DNA of 60,000 nucleotides from NCBI RefSeq assembly GCF_037042905.1, contig NC_087252.1, positions 4,900,001-4,960,000 on the forward strand, in the 5' to 3' direction. This DNA comes from Lytechinus pictus. Its lineage: Eukaryota. The notes beneath the pieces are model-generated. The model had not been told where the DNA came from. It did no database searches and saw nothing but the letters and a program-made list of their open reading frames with translations. The position numbers and the translations under genes were made by a program. This document shows, one piece after another, positions 37,716 through 50,073 of this stretch. Position 1 is the first letter of the stretch, and each line of letters begins with the position of its first letter.

Positions 37716-38619
37716 CATCGGGCATAATTATCATAATAATAATTATTTATAATCACATATTAAATTTTTATTTGTTAAATAATAATTTGTATCTATAAAT
37801 TGTTCTTCAAAACCGCATTTTGTAACATCGCTAATCTAATGTACCGGTATGTCATAACGAAGCGGTTCAAGGGTCTATGTATTTGCTTTGTTCACAAACG
37901 GATCGAGGGATCTACACGAGATCGGTCTGGTAAGAAACCTTAAAATGTTCAAATATCAATAAAATTCACACTTATAAACCAATTTCACCCTGTAAATATG
38001 GATTTCCTAGGGAAATCCATCTGGGTGTGGAGGTCTCGCTTATGCATACATGTATATGGCAGGTGGTTCAAGGCTCCATGAAGAAGTATATGTCAAAATA
38101 TAAAAAAAAAACATCATAATGGAGTCCTCAAGGCTAGGGACTTCTCTGACTAGTCTCACATCAGTTGTTATGTATCCGGACAATCGATTTTAAACAGCCA
38201 TTCGAAAAAGTTATAAAGCAAAGTCTTTATTTTACTTTTATTCCAAATGTTGGGCAATAAGAAAAAAAAAGTCAAAATTGAAGATTAAAACTATAACCAT
38301 GATAACTACTAAAATTTTGTGTAATCCAAAGACAAAAAGGAGTTTTCAAAAATTTTCATGACTCTGGACATTAATACTGGACACCCCCCCCCCCCCCCCC
38401 CCCCCCGTCTTAATACACAGAGCCAGAGGCCCCACTGCAAACATTTTTGTAATTTTCATGATTTTGGTCGGGAATTATTAATAACCACTTTATTTTTAAA
38501 TAGTTAATGATTTGATCAATGCAAAACAAAATGGCAGAGCTCTTTCAGTCTTTGACTTTGGGTTTACAATAGGGAAAAAATCTGAATTTTGCCATCTATC
38601 CAACAATTAACATACCCAA

Positions 38620-39083
38620 CAGTAGAGGCGCACGGCCAATATGGGAGACTGTCTCCCATAAGAGAGATTATCTCCAATATCAGAGACTTTTGTAAAAGAA
38701 TTTGGGTATCCAATTTCAGAGAGTCTCCAGTTTTGGAGACCACTTTCCTTTGTTTACATTTGCTGCAAAAGGATTACCTTGGCGGCAAATAAAAATGTGA
38801 TACTGATAAGCAGATTCCTCATGAAAAATTACCACTTTGTCTTTGGCCTTTTCACCTTCTACTTTAATAAAAAATTCACCGTCTACTTTTGTTTTGATAA
38901 GATAAGGATTTTTGTTGTCATCCACACACAAAACAAATGGGCTTTTGACCTCAGTGAGACAAAATTTTGGGTGGAAAAAATTACACTTTTGTTGGTGTTG
39001 TTCTTTTGCAAAGCAAGTCTCCAATTAGGAGATTGTCTCCCCTATTGGAGAGAGTCTCCCATATTGGCCGTGCGCCTCTACTG
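38620..39083. mobile_element. Non-autonomous TIR element with 5-bp TSD
   Basis: ~31-bp perfect TIR CAGTAGAGGCGCACGGCCAATATGGGAGACT; CCCAA at 38615-38619 and 39084-39088. Confidence 0.88.
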
Positions 39084-39384
39084 CCCAAGGCAAAAATAAA
39101 GGCAAAGAATGCAGGCCGGTTGCATCATCATCTGGTACAGGAAGAAGGCATCATTTCGATTCGATCCAGCGTCCAGGCGGATTACATGGGCTTGGCCATG
39201 GCCCATGCCGTGCCGAAGCGACACTATTCTTCAGCTGCATGCACAAGCGCGCGGCAGCGGCAGCGCAGGTCGAAATTTTCAATGGGACAATGCAAACAAA
39301 ATCCCTCTAAAAAGTAAAAACCAAAACAATTCACATTAATATTCTATCATATTTTCAAAGAAGCGAATAATGGAATCCACTTAC

Positions 39385-39640
39385 CGTCAATCAACAACCT
39401 GAATAAAACGGGAGGGACTCAAATCTTCAAATTGTTGTACGCAATAGTCACTCACTTTTTGTTTGAAGCCAATTTTTGCAATGAATGCACCTGCATGACG
39501 TGTTCAGTATCCCAATCACCACATGACATTCTCCTTCGCTTTGAATGTAGTAGAAGACCGGATCTACGACCAGTATGAACACACCCAAAACTCCGAAACG
39601 ATGCATCTGGAGCCATTTGACGGCAGAGGGCGCTTATGTT
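39385..39640 (-). promoter_or_regulatory. Candidate upstream promoter / non-coding first exon
   Basis: Donor ACG|gtaagt at 39385 (also |gtgagt at 39456). CpG-rich stretch 39100-39280 lies just downstream; CTCF-like ACGGCAGAGGGCGC at 39620-39633. Confidence 0.45.
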
Positions 39641-40376
39641 TTTTGAATTTTGATACGAAAGTGGTTTTAGTTTTCTTAAATTTTCGTCAATCCCCAAATA
39701 AATAAAAAATGTTCATGCAAATATAAAAAAGAAAACAAACTTGTCTTGGAATAAGGACTGAAATAGCGCTACCAGGGAGGGAGTTATTCATTAGTTACCC
39801 ATTATGCGCGTCACTAAGGGGCGGTGCTATGGCCGGGAGGAGGGGGGGGGGGGAGAAGAGGCCGGGGCGACTGGCCCTTTATTTTTTCAAGTAGGCCTAT
39901 AACGGAAAAAAGAGGGAAATGGGAGGAGAGAAGAAATCATAAAAAGGGAAATATATTATCTGACTATATACCCCTCTCATTCAATTCAGAAAAAATGGAT
40001 CGTCATGCCTTGGCAACCATTAGCACTGCCCCCTTGCATTGTGCCACTGATGCAAGTAATTCAATTGTACATTCTCAACGGTAAAGGGGCATCGATCCAT
40101 GTTCGGATTAGAGGGTAGGCTGTGAAAAAATATCCAGTATAATATTGATGTTTGAGAAAAAAAAATTATGTCAAGGATAATATATTTATGCCACTTTTAA
40201 TAATTTAGAATTTATGATTTATATTGCCTTCCGATCGATGATTTCAACACGCAATTTATTTGCATTGCATATTTATCACGAATTTTTAAAGTCATCAAAA
40301 TTCCCGTCAAAATTATCTCCCAATATTACTGGGTCGACCGCCCACCCCTGCTCTCCAGGATCGAAGTTTCTGACGG

Positions 40377-41274
40377 CAGGGGCGTCGATCAATTTTTCAG
40401 ATTGGGGGGGGGGGGGCAAAATCATGAATCAACGTTCCAAAGGCGCTCGACCACACAAAACAAACATGCACCCACACACACACACACACACCCTCACACA
40501 CACACACACACACACACACATAGGCCTATATATATATATATTTATATATATATATATATGACTCATGAGAAAGAAATTAATGCGAGCGCGAAGCGCGAGC
40601 TGAATTTTTTTTAGTACTAACAACAGGAAAAAGGTACCCGTTTAGGACTGTTTGTAGTGACTTATGAGGAGGATACATATCTCACTACACAGATAACGCG
40701 AGTTCCGATAGTGTGCTGAAATTCCTTTCTATTCTGACCTAAAAGCTTGATATTCTAAGCATTTTTCAATGATTAAGATGGGTATCTAAACGAACAACAG
40801 ATGCGAGCGCGAAGCGCGCGAGCTGAAAATTTTGATATTTCGATCTGAAAGAATTGACAGTTTAATGGACGGTTTTAATTAAGAACAGGATATATATCCA
40901 ATAAACGATTATTGCTAATCGAAGCGGTAATTCTTTTGAAGTTTAGAACTGAAAACGAGACATTCTGTTCACCTATTTAATCGTGAAAAGTATGGGTTTT
41001 GCTAAAGAAATGATGCGAGCGCAAAGCGCGAGCTGAAAATTTTTATATTGCAATCTGAAAAGCGGACATTTTGAGCACGATTTTGAATAAAGAGCGAGTT
41101 GTGTATCTTGATCTCGCTTTCCGATTACTGTGTAAACATTACAATCTTTTTTTTTTTTTGCACATCGGGAATTATTGGGGGGGGGGGGGGCAAAACGATA
41201 TGTTTGCCCACCCAATATTTTCATTGGTGGGGCGATCGCCCCCCTGCCCCCCCCCCCCAGGATCGACGCCTCTG
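40377..41274. mobile_element. hAT-like non-autonomous element
   Basis: TIR CAGGGGCGTCGATC / GATCGACGCCTCTG, 8-bp TSD TCTGACGG; contains (CA)n(TA)n and GCGCGAAGCGCG repeats. Confidence 0.88.
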
Positions 41275-41437
41275 TCTGACGGTAAGGGCGCCAGATATTC
41301 TTTCGTCTCGAAGTATCACGACATCATAACTTTATTGACAGTCAAATTCCAAGAATTATGAGTCATGATGTGTCATGGTCGCGGGATGGCTAAAATAGCC
41401 TTTGAAAGGTGATCGACGACCGAAAGTGGTATGTTAA

Positions 41438-42039
41438 AGGTCAAGTCCACCCGGCATAAAAATGTTGATTTGAATGAATAGAGAAAAATCAAACTAGCAT
41501 AACGCTGAAAATTTCATCAAAATCGGATGTAAAATAAGAAAAATATGACATTTTAAAATTTCACTTATTTTTTACAAAACAGTGATATGCACTCAGTTAA
41601 ATGCAAATGAGACAGTCAATGATGTCCGTCACTCACTATTTCTTTTGTTTTTTATTGTTTGAATTATACAATATTTCATTTTTTTACAGATTTGACAATA
41701 GGGACCAACTTGACTGAATCATATAGTTTTAAGCAATGCTATAGTTCCACATGTTCATGGAGGAATCACGCGTTGTTTCACTTGACAATGAGGAGAAAAT
41801 TAGAATATTTCATATTTTGTATAATAAGATACAAAAGAAATAGTGAGTGGATGACTTCATCAGTCTCCTCATTTGCATACCGACCATGTGCGTACAACTG
41901 TTTTGTGAAATTAAGCAAAACTTTAAAATGTCATAACTTTCTTACTTTACATCCGATTTTGATGAAGTTTTCAGTATTTTGCTTGTTGGATTTTTCTCTT
42001 TTTATTCAAATCAACTTTTTGTTGGGGTGGACTTGTCCT
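41438..42039. mobile_element. Kolobok-like non-autonomous element
   Basis: TTAA|AGGTCAAGTCCACCC..GGGTGGACTTGTCCT|TTAA, with long imperfect inverted arms. Confidence 0.85.
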
Positions 42040-42568
42040 TTAATAGTAGATGGGGAGAGGCAGGGCAATGTCCTTCTATATTGTTGTGGCGTGGGGTGTT
42101 TTTTGTGAAAAGAAACTAAACCTAAAAATTACTCACCCCCCCCCCCCTAGAAAAGAAAGGGGGTATTTGGCTGCAGATTTGTTCCCATTGGCAACTTAAT
42201 AAAGTCGCCACTTTTAAAAAAAAAAGTGCACTCTAATAAATTATTGGATTCACTAAAAGATTCAAGATAGGTATGTTAAGTCATATTATCATACACGAAA
42301 TTATCAACACTATACGTAAATACTAGTAAAGCAAGTTTGTATATGTCTGAAAAAAGAAGCCAGTAAATATTTCGCTGTTTTCTTCAACCCATGAGGGCAA
42401 CAAATCCCCTCAGCAGGTAAGGTTTTATGACTCAATGAAGGACATTATTTCGGTTTTTTTTCTTTATAGAAAGCAATGCCAATGGCATGGTCAGTTTTAT
42501 GGGCTTCTCTCTTTCCATTTCCACAAATACGGGCCTATGATGTCTTGCTATTCAAGGGGGGGGGGGGC

Positions 42569-44430
42569 AACTGCGTAACCAGGATTTAATTTTGGAGGGG
42601 GCGGTAAGTGCACGCAAAGCGTGCCAACACTTACAGAGCGCGAAGCGCGCTCCCTAGGGAAGCGGGTGCAGCTGCGATCGGGGGGGGGGGGGAGTTTCCG
42701 CGCGGAGCTCGAAGTTTTTGATATCTCATCAAATTACAAGAAGACGTCTCTTGCGTCTTTAGTACCCTTATCAACTCAAATTCAATTGACTTGCTGTGAT
42801 TGAAAAAAAAAAAATCGAAACTTATGGGAATGGGAAACGATTTAGGAATAATAATTCCTCTTACCGCACGAAGCGCGGAAGCTAAAACGTTTTTATAAAG
42901 ATTGAGAACAGAATCTGTATAAAATGCCCACCTTGGTTACAACAGATTTGATGTAAAAAACTTTAGCCACCTTAAATTTCTTTAAGTTTAACTTAAAGAA
43001 AAAACAGAGTAGAAGACGGAATGCAGGGAGAAAATATTTATTCCCGCAAAGCGCGAAGATTTTGCTGTCTCATCAAATTTAAATCGAAAGAAGACGACTC
43101 TTCGGTCTCTAGTAGCCTACCCTTATCAACTCGAATTCAATTGACTTGCTGTGATTAAAAAAAGACTGTTTCCAAAAGAAAGTATGAGCTCCCAAAATGG
43201 GAAAAGATTGAGGAATTCGAAATAGTTCCTCTCATCGCCCGAAGCGCGGAAGCTAAAACGTTTTATAAAAATTGAGAACAGAAATGGTATAAAATGCCTA
43301 CCTTGGTCACATCAGATTTGATTTTAACTTAAGTTACATGAAATTTTTTAACTCGCAAAACAGCGTAGAAGACGGTTATATATGCAGGGAGGAAATATAA
43401 TCTTCCCGGGAATGGCGTTGAAGCCCTGAATTTTAGAAATTTTACTGAAACTTTAACTTGCCCTAATTTTGATATTTCCTAGATTTATGTAAAGCGATTA
43501 TGAAGAAAAAAAAGAGCTCAAAAAGTGAAAGGGACGATGCAAGCGAGAAGAGGGACTTTTCCTTTCCCATGCACGCGAAGCACAAAACTTAACCTCTGTG
43601 ATTTATTTTCATTGGAAGGAAAAAAATTGTGTAATTTTTCTCATTATTAAGCAGGGGGCTTCAGCCCCCCACTTTTTTCCAAAACCGTGTACAAAAACGT
43701 AAAAATGACCATATGATTGAATTTTTTTGCATGGTCAGCCCCCGGCCACTTTTGGCTCAGCCCCCCCCCCCCCACTTTGAAAACCGTTCCGCGGCCCCTG
43801 TTAAGCGCTTCCTTTTGTATGATTAAGAAAATTCAGTGTTATTCAAAATTTTAAATCAATGGCACAACATATATAGCACAGCACGAATTTACGGCCTCTC
43901 CCTTTGAGCAGATACTTTGCCAAAAATTATTGCTTGTTGAAAAGCGGAAGAAATAGCATTTGGGGACTCGGGGAGTGACGGTAGTGTTTAGGCCTACCCG
44001 CTCCGAACAGAAGAGCCTATATTTTGTGTCAATGCAATTAAAAACATACTTTTCATAGTTTTTACACTCATGTATACTCTATAATTTCTGGCAAGAATAT
44101 ACTATTCCCATAGCTGGGAAGGGGGAAAACGGAGGAGAAAAATGGGAAACAAAGGGGAAAGGCAATTTCGATATTTTTAACGCGCAGAGCGCGGAAACAA
44201 AATTTTGTATAAAGAGAGAGAGAGAGAGAAGAACTCGTTTTGGTTTATATCAGTTTGACAAAATAAAGAAAGGAAAAAAAATGAAGCTAAAGTATATATA
44301 TACCCTTCTTCCCTTTTCTCTCTTCGCTTTTTCTTGTTCTCGTTTCCCCCCTTTTTTTTTGGGGGGGGTGAGACAATAGTTCACCCCCACTCCTGAACAA
44401 TATATTTGTTGCCTGAATTTACGCCAGTGT
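42569..44430. mobile_element. Cluster of degenerate hAT-like elements with an internal ~350-bp duplication; small nested element 43652-43800
   Basis: TCTCATCAAATT..AGAAGACG block at about 42724 and 43067. CAGGGG..CCCCTG at 43652-43800 is flanked by TTAAG. Outer boundaries are uncertain. Confidence 0.5.
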
Positions 44431-45532
44431 CCAGTAGTTAGTAAACAGTTGTGGTCCAGGACTGTCACTACATGTATAGTGTGGTAAACGTCTCCCAGTT
44501 GATTTTCCCTGATGGAATAGGCCTATATCAAGGCTTCATAATTATAATGGTGTGGGGAGAGGGGGGCACTCACGCTCCTATGATGTTAGAGTGAAAAAAA
44601 TGATAAAGTGAGAAAAGGGAAGAACAAATGAGAGAATAAAGAGAGAGAGAGATCCAGATCTGGTGGTCTTCTTTATATAGCCCTATTTCCAATTGAAAAA
44701 TGATTAAATTTAAATTTCAAATTCAAATTCAATTTTGTTTAAACAAAGTATAGGATTAATCTCATACATTTATCACAACAATCAGTAACATCACATATAA
44801 TACTTTTTTTTAGACAATTATGTATAAAAAGAAAATCTGTGGAAATTGGGAATATACTCGATGGATATAGTTAGTATAATGTAATAAAAAGAAAGAAAAG
44901 GGACACATAGATCGTCTCCCATGGGGGCGGCGCCGCCCCCGTGTTTGCATAATTGCATTTTACCCAGTGAATGGCCTCGCCTTTACTGGGGCAACATTTT
45001 CTGACAATTAAAAAAAAGGAACAATGGTCACCACTATTTCTTGAAGAACTTTCTCATTGAAAAAAATTAAACAAAAGAAAAGAAATCTGTAGAGTATACA
45101 AAAAAAAAATTAAAAAAAAAATAATGATGAGCCTAATGAGGAAAAGGGAATGCCATTATGATGACAACACAATGTGCATAGTTTCTGGCACACACAAAAT
45201 GAGTCGTGTGTTCTCACCAAGATTTGATCGTAACAAGGAGATTTTGATAATAATTATGCCTGACCGCCCGCCGTATAAGATTTTCCTCCGATGTATTACC
45301 ACTATATGCCGTTACCGTGGCAACGCAGTATACCCGACATTATCATTGTATTAATGTATCTTGCATAATCATCTTCTCTCCAACATATCCAAGGCCAAAT
45401 ATCACTTAGGCGAAACTGTTCATCCCATGCACAGCTTTGCCATGGACAGAACGTCGACCACTCGATCATATTATTATTATTACCCCCCCCCCCCGTCAGC
45501 ATGGATTAATGAGAAGAAAAAGCTCAAATTCT

Positions 45533-45743
45533 TACATTATTTGGAGACCGTGCCTTTTCTTCTATTGCTCCACGCCTTTGGAACTCCCTCCCTTCTTCAC
45601 TTCGTAAAAATTGACAGCATAGAACTCTTTAAACCGTCTCTCAAAACTCACTTATTTCGGCAGATGTGTTGTGATTAACTTATTGGATGAGCCTGCGCCT
45701 TTATGAATGTTTTTAACAGATATAGCGCAATATAAATGCTGTG
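45533..45743 (+). mobile_element. CR1/L2-type LINE 3' end fragment (tail resumes at about 51980)
   Basis: Encodes GDRAFSSIAPRLWNSLP..FKPSLKTHLF (frameshifted), then AGCGCAATATAAATGCTGTG; the (CAT/TAT)n tail follows the LTR element. Confidence 0.8.
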
Positions 45744-45896
45744 CGCCAGTATTAATAAGAATAAAGATAATTTACCAGACGGAGTATTGAGTGGGAGTGT
45801 GTGGTTTATTTAACAACACGGCCAAGAGGCCGGATAAACGGATAACCGCGCGCTGTACAATGTAGCGACAATGCATTCATAATCAACACCTTGGCG
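45744..45896 (-). repeat. 3' LTR (153 bp)
   Basis: Matches 51826-51976 except in the short A/T run near one end. Confidence 0.92.
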
Positions 45897-47520
45897 TGAC
45901 TCATTTTTCCTTCATATTTTCTTCTCCCTCAATATCTAAACTATCCAACCAATAGTAACAAGAACTCTACTAAATCTAACATAACACAATTCTATGTATC
46001 ACCAACTAATCCATTAACATATCTAAAATTGTTAAGCAGATCTCATTTGTTTTACTTTCTCCTTACAGCATAAAATATTAAAGTGCCTTTCAACACTTTA
46101 AATCATCTACAAACTAAAAACCAATCAAATGCTTTTCAACATACAAATCATTACTACTTGCATATAACTTGCATATAAAAAGATCCCATTAAACTTCAGT
46201 AATCATCCAAAGATACACATTACAAATCCACATAATTAAGCAGTTTTAAAAGACACATATAAATCATTTGACATTCTATCTTTATCTCCTTAATATCCAC
46301 TAAAAGATGGTGAATGGGGCAAGTCTGCTAAAATAATAAAACACAAAAATAAAATACCACAATGATACTAAAAAAGGATAAATGAAGCTATATGAAACTC
46401 CAATCAAAGTCTTATCCATGAAGAGCAAGAAACTTTCAAATGATAAACTTGTCTGCATACATTATAAATCCTGCCTATCAATTGACATACAAACATATTT
46501 ACAAAAATGCACTGTTAAAGTCAAATACAAACAATATCTCACAAGCAAAGGGGAATAAAATTTATTCCTAATGCCTACACCAGATTGATGATAAAGCAAC
46601 AATACCACATACATGACAGGTGTAACGATAAACAATTATTTAGTAAGAATGAGATGATATGCATCAATAAACAAATGTCTATAGTAAGTAATCAAAACAT
46701 TAAATGTGAGGCAAAAAGGCAATAACTAAACCACCGAGGACTACATTGTACCAATGATTACCTGTCAATAAAGTATCAAAACACTACTCCATCATTATTA
46801 AACTGTGTGGTGTAAGCAATATAAACAATACAATCAAACAATCCTCTCATTTAACATCAGCTGTCATTTACAATTCAAATAATAAGTAGTAATCTCTTCA
46901 TCACTCTACCTCCTCACTCTATCTCTTCACCCCACCTTCACTTCATTGGAACACACAACAACCTGCATCATGCTACATACTTGCACCTTACCCTCTACCT
47001 CTTCACTCTATCTCTTCATCCAACCTTAACTTCATAAAAACACATAACCTGCATCATGGTACATTCTTGCACCTTACTCTCATTCATGAAACAACCATTT
47101 CAGTCATTCCAGTCCAGTCAACTCTTCAAACATTAATACTCAGCACACTGTCTACCTCCAATGTAAAAAAACAAGTGAGCAAATATCAAAGACACTAACT
47201 CACACATCAACAAACATAGAAAAAGTCACATCCTAAACTCAGCAATAATCCGAAACATGAATCAACAGTTAACTCTAATTACAGTGTCAAAATACACGTT
47301 AAAAAAGGGATAAAGAAATGAGAAAGTACATTGGATATAATCAAACACGATTAAGCCAGGTTGACGAAAAAACATACACAACATCGGGGTAAACAGCAGT
47401 TTAATGTAGTACAATCTGAAAAATGTACATGCAAAAAGTCAACACATACAACATATAAAATCCAGTCCTAATGAGCACAAATCATATGATGTGGGGTAGA
47501 TGGGGGGTCCAAGGGGATGA

Positions 47521-48353
47521 CTAGCAATGGGGCAGGTGAAAGTCCTGGGCTTTACGTACGAGAGGGGAAAACTCTGGAGGGTGGTCATGGGCTGTGGTGA
47601 ACAGGCAAGGCTGGATCGGGTAGTCATCATCCGCTGCTGGGATATCGGGGGTGATACCTGACTGAAAGATATGGGATGCCGTATGGAGACTGGAACCTGC
47701 GGGTTGGGAAAGAGTGGGAATTATGGGCGGGCTACTGTCTTTGTGAGAAAGGGGCAGAGGCACCTTACTAGAACATTCAGGGATGTCAGGAGGGATGGGT
47801 GTGGGACTACTGAGCTGAGGAATGGCAAATGGAGTAGGGGCCGGTAACATATGTATTCCGTCATCAGCGTGGGGCCCTGGAGGGTCAGGGAAACCGCAGG
47901 CTGTCAGTTGAGGATGGTCGGTAAGGCTGGCTGTCATCTGAAGGTCAGTGTCAAGGGAACCATGGGCTCTCGAGGTAGGTGAACCGTGATCATGGGCACC
48001 ACGGGCTACTGTCTCTGAGGAACCGTGATCATGGGCACCACGGGCCACTGTCTCCGAGGAACCGTGATCATGGGCACCACGGCCTACTGTCTCTGAGGAA
48101 CCGTGATCATGGGCACCAAGGGCTGTCTCTGAGGAACCGTGATCATAGGCATCACGGGCTACTGTCACTGAAGAACTGTGACCATGGGCACCACGGGTGA
48201 CTGCCTCTGGTGAGCTGTGATCATGGGCAACATGGGCTACTGTCACTGATGAAGAATTGTCATTATGGGTACCACAGGCTAAAGATGGAGGACGGTGATC
48301 AAGTGCTCTTTGCTCTACTGAAGGACCACGGTCACGGGCACCATGGGCTAGTG
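47521..48353 (-). pseudogene. LTR-element ORF, 3' part with 13-aa repeats (ETVARGAHDHGSS)
   Basis: Continues in frame from 50074 once the hAT element and one TSD copy are removed; 39-bp tandem repeat at about 47980-48350. Confidence 0.75.
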
Positions 48354-48361
48354 ATGGAGAG

Positions 48362-50073
48362 CACTGGCGTAAATCCCGGGGGGGATGGGGGGGATATACC
48401 CCCCCCACTTTTCGAGGAGGGGGGGATGGCCTGTACAATCATCCCCCCACTTTTTACGAAAGAAATAAAAAAAATCACAAGAGATAATTGTTTTATTGGT
48501 GAAAATGCTTGCTAAAATACCGCTTAACAAATAAAACAATATTATTGAATCATAAAATGCAAATAAAGAGCCAGTTCACCATTTCCAAACGAAATACTTA
48601 TGTCCTTATTATAACATTGAAGAGAAACCCCCGTTTCTTCCAATTCATCAATGTTGGGGTCTTTGGGAAGGGATTAAGATGGAATGTCAAAATTTTTTGA
48701 ATGTAATCTCTAATAAAACCATTAAACCATCATGGGGTAAAAAATAATAATATTGGAGGGGTATTTGCCATATGGACATACAGTGGCGTAACTACGGGGG
48801 GGGGGGGGCATGGGAGGCACATGCTCCCCCCATCGGCTGACAAAAAAACCCGGGTAAATGGGGAAAAAGAGAAAAGAGGGAGAAAGGAAAAGAAACGTAG
48901 TGGGAAATAAGAAAGTATTATTCATTATAATGTTATATTATATTATAATTATGTTATGTTACATTACATAAGAAACATTTTTATCATAACTTTATGAAAC
49001 ATAATTTGCCCAGGGCCTACGTCTTCATTGTTCCTGGTGCTCGCATTGTCTGTTCAACGATAATCCTGTTATACTAAAACATCCCGTTTTCAAGTCAATA
49101 TAAACCAAATATATTTCCTAGCACTTGAGTTATCATTGTTTTATGTAGTGACATAGGCCTATGCTTCTTTTACATGACTCAAAAAGTGATTGCCCCATGT
49201 TAAGGTCTTCGTATATATAAAAACATTTCATGTCCGTGATTACGTTCGCATTAGTGGATTGGTGAGATATGTCTGCTCTTCATGAATTCCTAAAATCAGT
49301 CCTTAAAATGTCCCTTTTTCTGATCTGAATATCAAAAATTTTCAGCTCGCGCTTCGCACTCGCATCATTTGGTTAATGAAATACGTATGGTCCAAGTTAA
49401 TTCCTACAAAGAAACCTTAGAATGCCCCACTTCAGGTCTGAATTATCTAACTTATCTAAATTTTCTGCTCGCGCCTCACGCTCGCAATATTTGATTAGTG
49501 AGATGCGTATGATAATCATGATTGCAATGACTACAAAAAGTGTTTCATGTGTTCAGATGTAATTCTACTAAAATCAGCAAGCGCTTGGCACTCGCATTAG
49601 ATGACTATGGTGAGATATGCATACTCTTAATGGATTCCTAAAATATATTCCTTAAAATCTCGCTGTTTGGGGTCAAAATATACGAAAATTTCAGCTCGCG
49701 CTTCGCGCTCGCATTGTTTAGCGAGACAGGTAACTATCATGATTACGCAAATTTGATTATAATGTCCCTTTTTAGGTGTGAATATTTAAAAAATTCAGCT
49801 CGCGCTTCGTGCTCGCATAATTTGATCAGTGAGATACATATCCGTTCAATGACATTGTCCTTAAAATGTCTCTATTAGGTCAGAATAACTAGCAACTGAG
49901 CGCGCGAAGTGATTCAAAGATTTTGCTGGTGCCCCCACAATGCCGTGACCCCCGGTACGCCACTGTGGACATATCAATTACAATTCCTTGCATATCTAAA
50001 AACATGATTGCAAAAAAAATGCCAAAATATTTCAGTCATCCCCCCCACCCCTCAACACGGATTTACGCCAGTG
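48362..50073. mobile_element. hAT-like non-autonomous element inserted in the LTR ORF
   Basis: TIR CACTGGCGTAAATCC / GGATTTACGCCAGTG; 8-bp TSD ATGGAGAG. Confidence 0.92.
48781..49965. mobile_element. Second hAT-like element nested in the first
   Basis: TIR CAGTGGCGTA / TACGCCACTG; 8-bp TSD TGGACATA. Confidence 0.92.

Noticed and set aside
38620..39083. Transib/RAG-like element with RSS-like ends
   Set aside because: The 5-bp TSD fits, but the ends start CAGTAG, not CAC, and no heptamer/nonamer is visible.
39452..39616. Upstream coding exon extending the protein N-terminus
   Set aside because: The 35078 exon has an in-frame TGA before the ATG, and splicing from 39456 gives an immediate stop; treated as a uORF.
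41659..42108. 149-aa ORF
   Set aside because: Within the Kolobok-like MITE, non-ATG start, no recognisable protein features.
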